NCBI GenBank assembly: GCA_034661075.1 | Contig: JAYEKP010000088.1 | Coordinates: 1-63,806 of the forward strand | Source: Bacteroidota bacterium | GTDB taxonomy: Bacteria; Bacteroidota; Bacteroidia; Bacteroidales; UBA12077 | Length of the DNA: 63,806 bases | Direction: 5' to 3' | In this document: positions 1-9,582 of the stretch, in pieces | How positions within the stretch are numbered: position 1 is the first letter of the stretch | Layout: each line of letters opens with the position of its first letter | Program-made: the position numbers and the translations under genes | Notes under the pieces: model-generated | The model's database searches: none | The model's input: only the letters and a program-made list of their open reading frames with translations | What the model was told of the DNA's origin: nothing

Positions 1-104
1 TATTTATCAACTTAGGAAGCTTAAATACAATCTTTACCTATTTTTCAAAATATCCTGAACATAAAAACAAAATTAAAGAAGTATTATGGACTACAAATTA
101 TAAA

Positions 105-1001
105 ATGCCTTCTAAAGATTTTAACTATTGTCTGGATTCCTCCGCTTATCATTCCTTTCTCAACTTAAACCTTCCTTTAACGGCTATACATAACGAAATG
201 TTTAAGCAGTATAATGATCATTGGATAAAACAACTCAAAGAAACAGAAACACTTCTAAGCGAAGATATCTCAAGAAGTATCAATCAACCCAATAATATAT
301 TTTCTAAAAATTTATATGATGAAACTGCATTTTTATATTTATTAAACCCCGATTTTTTTACTCAAAAAATAGAAGGAAACATACTAAAACGAGACCTAGA
401 AACTGACATAGAGTCATTAAATACGGTAATGGATTCGATTTTTTCGAGCAATACGGTGAGTACTCAGGCTTTTTCTCATTTTCCGGAAGGGGCCTCGGAT
501 TATATCGAAGATATTCAAAATATTATGAGAGAAACTATTCAGAAGTGGGGCAAAGATGAATGGGCAACGTGTGTTCTAACCTGCGAAATACACCGGCATG
601 TTGGCGTTTATACATTAATAGGTGCAAAAATGGGAGTTCGGGCCAGAGAATATTTTGGTGCCGGTATGGATGAGCTCAAAATTGTGTCTTATGCCGGGCT
701 GGAACCTCCTTTTAGTTGTTTGAATGATGGATTACAGGTAAGCACGGGAGCAACACTTGGACATGGCTTGATTTCTGTTCAGAAAATCAGTAAAATTCCT
801 CAAGCAGATTTCTATTATCTTGGACAAAAAATTACGATATCATTAAAAGATGAGTATAAAACACAGATAGCTTCAGAAATCAAAAAGCTAAGTTATATCT
901 ACGGATTAGATAGCAATATTTATTGGGATCTGGTTCGGGATATAGCTATTAATGGATGGAAAAACTGGGATAGACATGAAATTTTTGAAATAAAAAAATA
1001 A
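105..1001 (+). CDS. FmdE-domain protein (formylmethanofuran dehydrogenase subunit E-like C-terminal half; N-terminal half unassigned)
   Basis: 298-aa ORF. The C-terminal segment CEIHRHVGVYTLIGAKMGVRAREYFGAG...FSCLNDGLQVSTGATLGHGLI resembles the FmdE family core as I remember it. TAA stop. Confidence 0.5.
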   Translation: MPSKDFNYCLDSSAYHSFLNLNLPLTAIHNEMFKQYNDHWIKQLKETETLLSEDISRSINQPNNIFSKNLYDETAFLYLLNPDFFTQKIEGNILKRDLETDIESLNTVMDSIFSSNTVSTQAFSHFPEGASDYIEDIQNIMRETIQKWGKDEWATCVLTCEIHRHVGVYTLIGAKMGVRAREYFGAGMDELKIVSYAGLEPPFSCLNDGLQVSTGATLGHGLISVQKISKIPQADFYYLGQKITISLKDEYKTQIASEIKKLSYIYGLDSNIYWDLVRDIAINGWKNWDRHEIFEIKK

Positions 1002-1047
1002 ACCCGGAAGTAAAAAACTGCCGGGTATATATTTTTCAATAACAAAT

Positions 1048-2304
1048 TTATCCTCCAAAATCATCAAAGTCGACCATTTCATCGGGTACTCCTAAGTTAT
1101 ACAGCATATCCTGAACTGCATCATTCATCACCGGAGGACCGCACAAATAATATTCTATCTCTTCGGGTTCTTCGTGTTTGCTCAAATACTCATCATGAAC
1201 CACCTGGTGAATAAATCCGGTTAAGCCATTCCAGTTATCCTCTTCTTTTGGTTCTGATAATGCAAGATGGAATGAAAAATTAGGAAATTGTTTTTCAATT
1301 TCTCTGAACTCATCTTCGTAAAATACTTCACGTAAGGATCGGGCACCATACCAATATGATACTTTCCGATCGGTTTTGAGAGTATGGAACAAATGGAAAA
1401 TATGTGACCGTAAAGGAGCCATACCGGCACCACCACCAATATACACCATCTCGCGATCCGTATCTTTAATAAAAAATTCACCGTAAGGGCCAGATAAGGT
1501 TACCTTATCACCCGGTTTCCTGGAAAAGATATAAGAGGAGCAAATACCAGGATTAACCTTTTTAAAGGCTCCTTTTGAGCGATCCCATGGTGGTGTTGCA
1601 ATTCGTATATTTAACTTAACAATATTTCCCTCGGCAGGATGATTGGCCATAGAATAAGCACGGAATGTTTCTTCCGGATTTTTCATCTTCAAATTCCACA
1701 TATTAAATTGATCCCAATCTTCACGGAAACGTTCATCCACTTCTATATCTTTAAAATCCACTTCTATTTTTGGGACATCTATCTGTACATATCCACCCGG
1801 TTTAAAGTCAAGGTTTTCGCCTTCGGGCAATTTAACTACAAACTCTTTAATAAATGTGGCCACATTTCTGTTGGAAACAACTTCGCATTCCCATTTTTTA
1901 ATGCCCATAACCTCTTCAGGAACTTTAATCTTCATGTCGTTCCTGATTTTCACCTGACAACCCAACCGCCAATAGTTTTGTTGTTCTTTACGAGAAAAAA
2001 ATCCGGTTTCGGTAGGAAGAATACTACCACCTCCTTCTAACACCTGACATTTACACATTCCGCAAGTTCCTCCTCCACCACAAGCTGATGGAAGATAAAC
2101 ATCATTATTCGAAAGTGTAGCTAAAATTGTATTTCCGGGGTCAACTTCAATCTCTTTTTCATCGTTAATTGTTAGTTTTACTTTTCCCTGAGGGGTAAGT
2201 TTTTTTCTTGCCAATAGAAGAATTAAAACCAATGCAAGAATAATGGTTAAAAATACTGCTATACTAAGTAATATAACCGTTGTTTGTGATGTTAGTAATA
2301 TCAT
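1048..2304 (-). CDS. nqrF: Na+-translocating NADH:quinone oxidoreductase subunit F
   Basis: 418 aa. N-terminal TM helix, 2Fe-2S ferredoxin Cys pattern (SACGGGGTCGMCKC...GC), FNR-like FAD/NADH domain (RAYSMAN, GGGAGMAP). Last gene of an nqrA-F array. Confidence 0.95.
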   Translation of the reverse strand: MILLTSQTTVILLSIAVFLTIILALVLILLLARKKLTPQGKVKLTINDEKEIEVDPGNTILATLSNNDVYLPSACGGGGTCGMCKCQVLEGGGSILPTETGFFSRKEQQNYWRLGCQVKIRNDMKIKVPEEVMGIKKWECEVVSNRNVATFIKEFVVKLPEGENLDFKPGGYVQIDVPKIEVDFKDIEVDERFREDWDQFNMWNLKMKNPEETFRAYSMANHPAEGNIVKLNIRIATPPWDRSKGAFKKVNPGICSSYIFSRKPGDKVTLSGPYGEFFIKDTDREMVYIGGGAGMAPLRSHIFHLFHTLKTDRKVSYWYGARSLREVFYEDEFREIEKQFPNFSFHLALSEPKEEDNWNGLTGFIHQVVHDEYLSKHEEPEEIEYYLCGPPVMNDAVQDMLYNLGVPDEMVDFDDFGG

Positions 2305-2398
2305 TCTTAATATTTTTTAATGAGCCGATTCATTTGTTTTATTGTATGATAAATAATCCACGGCTTTTGGTATATTAATCTTTTTAAAAAAAATTCGT

Positions 2399-3016
2399 TT
2401 ATAATTTTATACCCATAAATCCCATAAAGGCAATGCCCATTAATCCGGTAATGATAAAAGTTATGCCAAGTCCTTTTAATGGAGCAGGGACATTCGAATA
2501 TCGTATTTTTTCTCGAATAGCAGCAATCCCAACAATGGCAAGAAACCAACCAACCCCGGAACCAAGTCCAAAGGCAGTTGCCTCAGCAATGCTATTATAA
2601 TCTCGCTCCTGCATAAATAAAGAACCACCAAGTATTGCACAGTTAACCGCAATCAATGGTAAAAATATTCCTAGTGAGTTATATAACGTCGGTGAAAATT
2701 TCTCGATAATCATTTCTACCAACTGAACCATGGAAGCAATTACGGCAATAAAAATAATAAAACTTAAGAAGCTTAGGTCTACATCAGCAAACCTGGGACT
2801 TAACCAGGCAAGAGCCCCTTCTTTTAATAAATAATTATGAATTAAATAATCAATTGGAACCGTAAATCCTAATACAAAAATTACGGCAATCCCTAAACCT
2901 GTGGATGTTTTTACCGTTTTCGATACAGCTAGATAGGAACACATACCCAAAAAGTATGCGAATATCATGTTATCGATAAATACTGACTTGACAAATATGT
3001 TAATTAAATTTTCCAT
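2399..3016 (-). CDS. nqrE: Na+-translocating NADH:quinone oxidoreductase subunit E
   Basis: 205-aa polytopic membrane protein of NqrE/RnfA type. Position between nqrD and nqrF. Confidence 0.93.
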   Translation of the reverse strand: MENLINIFVKSVFIDNMIFAYFLGMCSYLAVSKTVKTSTGLGIAVIFVLGFTVPIDYLIHNYLLKEGALAWLSPRFADVDLSFLSFIIFIAVIASMVQLVEMIIEKFSPTLYNSLGIFLPLIAVNCAILGGSLFMQERDYNSIAEATAFGLGSGVGWFLAIVGIAAIREKIRYSNVPAPLKGLGITFIITGLMGIAFMGFMGIKL

Positions 3017-3036
3017 GTTTATATCATTTCAGATTC

Positions 3037-3684
3037 TTAGTTTGATTCAATTAGTTTTCTATTTTTGGAACGCTGTACCCAAATAATTATTCCTACAACA
3101 ATCAGCGCCATAGGTGGAAGTATCATTAATCCATTATTTTCATAGCCAAAATTATAAACCCCCTGAGGGATAACCTGGTAATCCAAAATCGTTCCTGAAC
3201 CTAAAAATTCTCTAAAAAAAGCAACAATAATAAGGATAATGCCATAACCGGCAGCATTCCCTAAACCATCCAAAAAGGAGGGCCAGGGTTTGTTGGCTAA
3301 TGCAAAAGCTTCCAAACGGCCCATGATAATACAATTGGTAATAATCAGCCCCACAAAAACAGATAGTTGTTTGCTTATTTCAAATAAAAACGCTTTTAGT
3401 ACCTGATCAACCAAAATAACTAACGAAGCAATAACAACCAGTTGAACAATGATGCGGATTCTGGGTGGAATAGATTTTCGCAATAACGAAATAACAACAT
3501 TTGCTACAGCCATTACAAATACAACCGAAAGTGCCATAACAATGGCCGGTTTAAGTTTTACGGTTATTGCAAGTGCCGAGCAAATACCCAGAACCTGAAC
3601 TGTAATCGGATTACTATCGTTTAAAGGTTCGCGTAGTAATTTTAAATTTTTAGCTGAAAATAAAGGTTCTTTTTCTTTATTCAT
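3037..3684 (-). CDS. nqrD: Na+-translocating NADH:quinone oxidoreductase subunit D
   Basis: 215-aa polytopic membrane protein of NqrD/RnfE type. Operon position. Confidence 0.93.
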   Translation of the reverse strand: MNKEKEPLFSAKNLKLLREPLNDSNPITVQVLGICSALAITVKLKPAIVMALSVVFVMAVANVVISLLRKSIPPRIRIIVQLVVIASLVILVDQVLKAFLFEISKQLSVFVGLIITNCIIMGRLEAFALANKPWPSFLDGLGNAAGYGIILIIVAFFREFLGSGTILDYQVIPQGVYNFGYENNGLMILPPMALIVVGIIIWVQRSKNRKLIESN

Positions 3685-3687
3685 TGT

Positions 3688-4398
3688 TTATTGATTTTTA
3701 ATATTTTCGAAATAGGGAATATAGCTTTTTAAGCAATCGTTTAACATTTCATCAACACCCTCACTAGTAATGGTTCCTCCAGATATTCCATCTACTTCAT
3801 ATTTAGAATCCGGCTTGGCAGTTCCTCCTTTTTTTACTCTCACAGAAACAAACTCGCCTTTATCGTCAAAAATTTCTTTCCCAATAAATTGATTTTGGAA
3901 ATCTTCTGTGGCTATCTCCGCTCCCAGTCCCGGTGTTTCTCCCTGATGACTAAAATTGGCACCATAAATGGTAGACAAATTACTTTTTAAAGAAACATAA
4001 CCCCAAACCGGACCCCACAATCCTTTACCATAAACAGGAAGAATATATTGCTTTTCTTCCTTATCATTCAAACTAATAAATACAGGTAAGTTCCTTTCTT
4101 CTAACGGTTTTGCCATCTCTTTTTTCATATCTACCTCAAATACATCCACCCCTTCTTTCACTTTCCCTTTATGGCCTACAACATAGCTTTCGACAATATA
4201 TTTATCGTAAAGTTCAACAGCATTTGCTGCTGTACTTTCAATATTTATGGAGGTAAGAATATTTTCTTTTTTATTGATTTCTACATTTTTCTTTTGAAAA
4301 GGCTGAAGAGTCATTGCCGCGATAGAAAGTATTGCTGCAACCACAACAACCATAATGGTAGAAAAAACAAAAATATAGGTGTTACTGAATGACTTCAT
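3688..4398 (-). CDS. nqrC: Na+-translocating NADH:quinone oxidoreductase subunit C
   Basis: 236 aa. One N-terminal TM helix plus an FMN-binding domain with a flavinylation-type motif DGISGGTITS. Operon position. Confidence 0.9.
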   Translation of the reverse strand: MKSFSNTYIFVFSTIMVVVVAAILSIAAMTLQPFQKKNVEINKKENILTSINIESTAANAVELYDKYIVESYVVGHKGKVKEGVDVFEVDMKKEMAKPLEERNLPVFISLNDKEEKQYILPVYGKGLWGPVWGYVSLKSNLSTIYGANFSHQGETPGLGAEIATEDFQNQFIGKEIFDDKGEFVSVRVKKGGTAKPDSKYEVDGISGGTITSEGVDEMLNDCLKSYIPYFENIKNQ

Positions 4399-4416
4399 AG
4401 TTTATTTAATGTTTTA

Positions 4417-5580
4417 TTATGCACTTACTTTAGCTCTTTTCATTCTTTTTTTCATATTGGCTTGTAATACGTAATAATCAATTAATGGAGCAAATACGTT
4501 CATTAACAAAATAGCCAACATTACTCCTTCGGGATAAGCCGGATTAATAACTCTAATCAGAATTGCCAGGAACCCGATTAAAAATCCATAAATAATTTTT
4601 CCTTTAGGAGTTTGTGCTGCAGAAACCGGATCGGTGGCCATAAATACGGCACCAAAAGCAAATCCGCCAAGCAGTAGGTGTTCCCAGGCCGGTATTTCCA
4701 TAAATGGATTTACGGCAAAAATATTAAGCAAAAGCCCCATAACTAATCCACCGATAAAAGTGGAAAACATAATCCGTGCACTTCCAATACCGGTAAAAAG
4801 TAACAAGGCTGCGCCAATTAATACAGCAAGTGTAGAAGTTTCTCCAATTGATCCGGGAATGGTTCCAAAAAACATTTCGGCTACACTTGGTAAATTATTA
4901 ATATTTCCGGCAGCAGCTTCGGCCAAGGGAGTAGCTCCTGTGTATGAATCAATAATTCCTTCTCCTGCTGACATTCCGTGTGTCCAAACAGCATTACCCG
5001 ACATATATGAAGGATAGGCAAAGAAAAGAAAAGCTCTGGCTGTAAGTGCCGGATTTAAAATATTCATTCCGGTACCACCAAAAACCTCTTTGCCAATAAC
5101 TACTGCAAAAGCTGTAGCTACAGCAACCATCCATAAAGGAATATCAACGGGCAATACAAGCGGAATAAGCATTCCGGAAACCAAGAATCCTTCGTTTACC
5201 TCATGGCCGCGAATTTGAGCAAATGCAAATTCTATGGCTAACCCTGTAACATAAGAAACAACAATAATCGGAAATACTGCCTTAAATCCAATCCAAAACA
5301 GTTCTAAAATGGTTCCTCCCTCCTGTCCTGTGGCATTAATATGTTGCAATCCAATATTCCACATGCCAAAAAGAAGGGATGGAACTAACGCCAGCACAAC
5401 CATAATCATGGTTCGTTTCATATCATTGGCGTCTCTTATGTGAGCTCCTTTTGTAGTTACTGTATTTGGAACAAACAAAAAAGTTTCGAAAGCTTCGAAA
5501 GTTGATTGTAATTTTTCAAACTTCCCTCCCTTTTCAAACTGAGGTTTTATTTTATCAACAATTTTTCTTAATGAATTCAC
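4417..5580 (-). CDS. nqrB: Na+-translocating NADH:quinone oxidoreductase subunit B
   Basis: 387-aa membrane protein of NqrB/RnfD type with a YTGATPL flavin-attachment-type motif. Operon position. Confidence 0.93.
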   Translation of the reverse strand: MNSLRKIVDKIKPQFEKGGKFEKLQSTFEAFETFLFVPNTVTTKGAHIRDANDMKRTMIMVVLALVPSLLFGMWNIGLQHINATGQEGGTILELFWIGFKAVFPIIVVSYVTGLAIEFAFAQIRGHEVNEGFLVSGMLIPLVLPVDIPLWMVAVATAFAVVIGKEVFGGTGMNILNPALTARAFLFFAYPSYMSGNAVWTHGMSAGEGIIDSYTGATPLAEAAAGNINNLPSVAEMFFGTIPGSIGETSTLAVLIGAALLLFTGIGSARIMFSTFIGGLVMGLLLNIFAVNPFMEIPAWEHLLLGGFAFGAVFMATDPVSAAQTPKGKIIYGFLIGFLAILIRVINPAYPEGVMLAILLMNVFAPLIDYYVLQANMKKRMKRAKVSA

Positions 5581-5636
5581 TATTAAAAATTTTTTATGTT
5601 AAAATATTTCTTTCTTTCATTATCCTTAATCGATGA

Positions 5637-6992
5637 TTAGCTCATTTCTTTTCGCATCAAGTCAAGCCCTTCTCGAATAATCGATTGAACTTCCGTTTTG
5701 GAAGTACATACATATTCGCAAAGTGCAAAATCTTCTTCATCCACTTCGTAAATCCCAAGTTTTTCCATCAAATCAATATCTTCAATCATAATAGCTTTAA
5801 TTAATTGTACAGGATAAATATCCATGGGAAAAACTTTTTCATACTCCCCGGTCATCACATAAGCTCTTGGGCCACCATGCAAATTGGTATCCAATTTAAA
5901 TTTACGCCCGGGAATTAGCCACGAAAGCACAGCCCTGGAAACGCTAAATTTATTAAATCCGGGTTTAGCCCATCCAAACATCTCATAATAATCTCCTTCA
6001 GGTATTACTGTTATCATATTATCATAATAACCTACATATCCCTGGCTATAAATTTTTGATCCGGTAAGTACATCCCCGCTAATGTAACGCAATGGTTTAT
6101 CTTCTGTAACATTGTCTTTTACCAAATTAGCAATACAGGCACCACTTATAATTTTATAATATTTTGGATGAATAACTTCTGAGCCAGTGAGGGCAATAAT
6201 CTTGGATGCATCATAAATTCCTTTGTTAAATAAGCGCCCAATCATAATTATTTCCTGTGGATAAGTATACCACATTACCTCTCCCTTATTAATCGGATCA
6301 ATTTTATTGATTTGAACACCAACATTTCCTGCAGGATGTGGCCCTTTAAAATAATAAAATTCTACTCCTTTCACCTTGGTATAAGTATCTGCGGGAGGAT
6401 AGTCGGCATTTAAGCTAAGGTGAATTTTACCATCGGTAAGTTTAGATAAAATATCAATACCCTGCTGAAATTCATTTCCATATTCTTTAGCGATATAATC
6501 CATATCGGGAGCTAAAGGAGCGGAATCAAAAGCAGAAATAAAAATAGCTTTCGGGATATCATTTGCCTGTGCAATAATAGAATATGGCCTTTGCCTTATG
6601 GCAGGCCATAAACCCGATTGCTGTAGAACAGCAATAATTTCTTCTCTGGTAAGGCTTTTGGTGTCGGGAACGTCAAAGCTTTCAAATTCTATCTCAGGGT
6701 CTGCCTTAACCACAACTTCAAGAATTATCCTACGTTCTCCTCGATTAATTTCAATTACTTCTCCACTAACTGGTGATGTGAATTGAACCTCTGGCTGAAA
6801 CTTATCAAAAAACAATGGAGTCCCTGCTTTTACTCTATCCCCGATTTTAACCAAAAGCTTTGGCCTTATTCCCTGAAAATCTGTCGGTTTTACTGCGTAA
6901 GTATCCGCTTGTTCTGCTTTTTTTAAAATCTTTTCTGCCGTTCCGACAAGTTTAATATCTAAACCTTTTTTAATTTTTATAACTTTCGACAT
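5637..6992 (-). CDS. nqrA: Na+-translocating NADH:quinone oxidoreductase subunit A
   Basis: 451-aa soluble protein. Typical NqrA N-terminus (IKIKKGLDIKLVG). First gene of the array. Confidence 0.93.
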   Translation of the reverse strand: MSKVIKIKKGLDIKLVGTAEKILKKAEQADTYAVKPTDFQGIRPKLLVKIGDRVKAGTPLFFDKFQPEVQFTSPVSGEVIEINRGERRIILEVVVKADPEIEFESFDVPDTKSLTREEIIAVLQQSGLWPAIRQRPYSIIAQANDIPKAIFISAFDSAPLAPDMDYIAKEYGNEFQQGIDILSKLTDGKIHLSLNADYPPADTYTKVKGVEFYYFKGPHPAGNVGVQINKIDPINKGEVMWYTYPQEIIMIGRLFNKGIYDASKIIALTGSEVIHPKYYKIISGACIANLVKDNVTEDKPLRYISGDVLTGSKIYSQGYVGYYDNMITVIPEGDYYEMFGWAKPGFNKFSVSRAVLSWLIPGRKFKLDTNLHGGPRAYVMTGEYEKVFPMDIYPVQLIKAIMIEDIDLMEKLGIYEVDEEDFALCEYVCTSKTEVQSIIREGLDLMRKEMS

Positions 6993-7189
6993 ATTATATT
7001 GTTAGGTTATATTAATCAATAGGTTAAACAAATTTAACTAAAATATTAATACTGCTACTTTTTTTATCAATAATAACTATTCTAATAGTTATTTGTTTAC
7101 CTGTTGTGTTATTTTTTTAACAACTTAGTTGTCCATATAGCATGATCTAAATAAAAATCAGATACTTAATTATTTTATATTTTTGATTA

Positions 7190-7197
7190 CAAATATA
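7190..7197 (-). promoter_or_regulatory. Candidate Bacteroidota -7 promoter box (TATATTTG) upstream of nqrA
   Basis: Minus strand reads TATATTTG, matching the TAnnTTTG consensus. It lies within a 17-mer TTTTGATTRCAAATATA that recurs at 8009-8025. About 200 nt upstream of the nqrA start. Confidence 0.35.
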
Positions 7198-7277
7198 AAT
7201 TTATCTATTAATATATGTGTATTCATAAATCTATTTTTCATTCTTCAATGATTTCGTGATAACTACTACTTTTGTTA

Positions 7278-7976
7278 TCAACCACTTTGACTAATTTTTT
7301 TTAATAAGTCAACATTTTTAATATCAATTTTCCCTTTTTCATCTTTAATAATTCCTTCTTTCCGTAAATTTTTCAACGTACGAACTACACTCATGGTTGA
7401 CATTCCTGTAAATTCTGCCAAATCTTTCCGTGATAGAATCATCTCAAATTCCTTGGATTTAAATATATTTTCTGATAAATACATTAATGCATCAGCTACC
7501 CTTCCGTTCATTTGTTTTTGGGTTAAACTTGCCATTTTATCATAAAACTGCAAAGCTTCAGCGTTTAATGAGGAGATAATCGATTTTGCAAATTTATGAT
7601 TCTTATAAATTAACTTTTCAATTACATTACGATCAATGGCACATACAACTGTATCGGATAAAGCTGCAACAGAAAAACGGGCAATATTATCCGGATTAAA
7701 TAATGAAGTTAAACCTATTAGTTTCCCTTCAGGAATAATATCTAAAATAAGATTACTGTCCACATCAGTTTCTTTATAAACTTTAACAAAACCTTCTTTT
7801 ATGTACATTATATGAGTAACAAAAGAACCCTGTTTGGAAATTATTTCCCCCTTTTTAAATCGAATCTGAACTTTATTTTCATTGGTCAGCAATAACTCCT
7901 TTTCATCTAACTGTTTAAAACAAAGAGATTTATTTTTGCATTCCAGGCATTCCGTTATCAATAATGATTTCATCAT
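7278..7976 (-). CDS. FNR-like Crp/Fnr-family transcriptional regulator (predicted [4Fe-4S] O2 sensor)
   Basis: N-terminal Cys motif C-x2-C-x5-C (ECLECKNKSLC) followed by FKQLDEKEL. Additional central Cys (VVCAIDRN). cNMP-binding-like domain. C-terminal HTH (RKDLAEFTGMSTMSVVRTLKNL). The ORF-track start at 8003 is a TTG; the ATG-ATG at 7976/7973 (MMKSLL) is more plausible. Confidence 0.85.
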   Translation of the reverse strand: MMKSLLITECLECKNKSLCFKQLDEKELLLTNENKVQIRFKKGEIISKQGSFVTHIMYIKEGFVKVYKETDVDSNLILDIIPEGKLIGLTSLFNPDNIARFSVAALSDTVVCAIDRNVIEKLIYKNHKFAKSIISSLNAEALQFYDKMASLTQKQMNGRVADALMYLSENIFKSKEFEMILSRKDLAEFTGMSTMSVVRTLKNLRKEGIIKDEKGKIDIKNVDLLKKISQSG

Positions 7977-8017
7977 GGAATTAAAAATAATAAAAAAATG
8001 CAATTTATTTTTGATTG

Positions 8018-8025
8018 CAAATATA
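8018..8025 (-). promoter_or_regulatory. Candidate -7 promoter box (TATATTTG) of the FNR-like gene
   Basis: Minus strand reads TATATTTG about 40 nt upstream of the ATG at 7976. Same 17-mer context as at 7181-7197. Confidence 0.35.
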
Positions 8026-8184
8026 TATCTATTTTTTTATAGATTTATATCTATATATAAATAGATTTTTATAATACATACATCAATCAAATTTATATTA
8101 AAAACATATTTTATAAAAGCTTATTTGTGAATAATTATTAGGAATTTATATTGTAGTTTTACAATGTATAAATATTTAAATATA

Positions 8185-8220
8185 TGTAATAATATATACA
8201 ATTGTAATAATATATACAAT
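8185..8220. repeat. Perfect 18-bp tandem direct repeat (TGTAATAATATATACAAT x2) ending 2 nt before the mrpE-like start codon
   Basis: Read directly: 8185-8202 is identical to 8203-8220. A related ACAATGTATAAATAT lies at 8161. Confidence 0.9.
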
Positions 8221-8222
8221 AT

Positions 8223-8717
8223 ATGAAAATCAAAAACTTCCTTGCATTATTTCTCATCTTAATGGTTGTTTGGGTATTAGTAAACAACTCCTTTTCCGGG
8301 AAAATTATTATTATAGGATTTATACTTTCAGCATTTATTGCATTTTTTTTCGGAACAAATTTACGGATTTTCGATGAGCTTAAATTTACGCCAACAGCGG
8401 TAGGGTACACTTTAATTTATCTTTTTGTATTTTTAATCGAATTAATCAAATCAAACCTCGATGTTGCCCGCCGGGTACTTACTCCCTCATTACCCATTAA
8501 TCCGGGAATTGTAAAAACCAAAACAGTATTAAAATCAAAAATGGGGCGTATGATTTTAGCTAATTCAATTACGCTTACCCCCGGAACACTTACCGTTGAT
8601 ATAGATGGCGATACTTTATATATACACTGGATTGATGTATGTTGCGACGATATTGACAAAGCAACACAAACCATTATTAAAAAATTTGAAAAACATTTAG
8701 TCAAAATATATGATTAA
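8223..8717 (+). CDS. mrpE: Mrp/Mnh-type cation:proton antiporter subunit E (MbxA/MbhA-like)
   Basis: 164 aa. MnhE-type sequence (ANSITLTPGTLTVD). First gene of the operon. Its stop overlaps the next start by 8 nt. Confidence 0.88.
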   Translation: MKIKNFLALFLILMVVWVLVNNSFSGKIIIIGFILSAFIAFFFGTNLRIFDELKFTPTAVGYTLIYLFVFLIELIKSNLDVARRVLTPSLPINPGIVKTKTVLKSKMGRMILANSITLTPGTLTVDIDGDTLYIHWIDVCCDDIDKATQTIIKKFEKHLVKIYD

Positions 8718-8970
8718 TAAAATTCTATTTATAGCAGCAATCATCATGTTGTTAGCGATTTTGCTAACACTTTACCGATTTATTAAAGGCCCTTCCGCTG
8801 CTGATAGGTTGGTGGCCTTTGATGTAATGACTGTAAGCTCTCTTGCACTTATAGCGCTCATTGCAAATTTTGCATCCCGGGTAATATATATTGATGTAGC
8901 ATTAGTTTACGGATTACTTAGCTTCCTGGGGATTATAATTGTTTCACGTTTTCTGGAAGGGGGGTTATAA
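8710..8970 (+). CDS. mrpF: Mrp/Mnh-type antiporter subunit F
   Basis: 86 aa, 3 TM helices, GPSAADRLVAFDVMT motif typical of MnhF. Confidence 0.88.
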   Translation: MINKILFIAAIIMLLAILLTLYRFIKGPSAADRLVAFDVMTVSSLALIALIANFASRVIYIDVALVYGLLSFLGIIIVSRFLEGGL

Positions 8971-8972
8971 TT

Positions 8973-9344
8973 ATGGATAGTACAATAGGTATAATTGGTG
9001 CAATTTTGGTGTTGTCAGGCTCCATATTTATCTTTTTAGGGGCTTTGGGCTTAGTGCGTATGCCTGATATATTTAATCGCATTCAGGCAGGAACTAAAGC
9101 ATCTACGTTGGGAACTTTTCTTTCTCTCATCGGATTATTGTTAATTACACCCGAATGGTGGGGCAAATTAATTTTATTAATGATATTTATCTTAATTACC
9201 AATCCTGTTTCGTCCCATGTTTTAGCAAGAGCAGCTCATTTTATTGGTGTTCCGCTGGCGGATAAAACGATAACCGATAAATATAAACAGGAAAAAAAAA
9301 CACTTTTGATTAACGACGAAATAAAAAACGATACCCATGATTAA
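8973..9344 (+). CDS. mrpG: Mrp/Mnh-type antiporter subunit G
   Basis: 123 aa. GALGLVRMPDIFNRIQAGTKASTLG is typical of MnhG. Confidence 0.88.
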   Translation: MDSTIGIIGAILVLSGSIFIFLGALGLVRMPDIFNRIQAGTKASTLGTFLSLIGLLLITPEWWGKLILLMIFILITNPVSSHVLARAAHFIGVPLADKTITDKYKQEKKTLLINDEIKNDTHD

Positions 9345-9582
9345 TCTTTTAATAACAATTGTCATCGGGATTTTAATTTTGATTATGGCCATTGTTGCCA
9401 TACACAATAAAAATCTAATAGTAGGCATTATAGCAGCAGGAGCCGTTAGTTTATTTGCTTCTATTCTGTATTTACTACTTGCCGCACCCGATGTTGCCAT
9501 GACCGAAGCCGCCATAGGGAGTGGTCTTTCTACAATTATTTTCTTTTATGTACTCAATAAAATAAAGAAACAAAATGGTTAA
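9337..9582 (+). CDS. MbhD-like small membrane subunit (DUF4040 / MnhB N-terminal-like)
   Basis: 81 aa, 3 TM helices, LLAAPDVAMTEAAIG motif. Overlaps both neighbours by 8 nt. Confidence 0.8.
   Translation: MINLLITIVIGILILIMAIVAIHNKNLIVGIIAAGAVSLFASILYLLLAAPDVAMTEAAIGSGLSTIIFFYVLNKIKKQNG

Noticed and set aside
1221-5017. Antisense or alternative-frame ORFs inside nqrF, nqrE, nqrC and nqrB (1221-1481, 1639-2040, 2307-2549, 4171-4392, 4634-5017).
   Set aside because: They are shadow ORFs fully embedded in well-supported nqr genes, with low-complexity, non-homologous translations.
8185-8220. CRISPR-like or minisatellite array.
   Set aside because: There are only two identical 18-bp units, no spacers and no cas genes. 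It is treated as a tandem duplication or operator candidate.
8159-8410. 83-aa minus-strand ORF overlapping the operon leader and the mrpE start.
   Set aside because: Its translation is AT-rich and low-complexity. It overlaps the tandem repeat and the well-supported mrpE-like gene.
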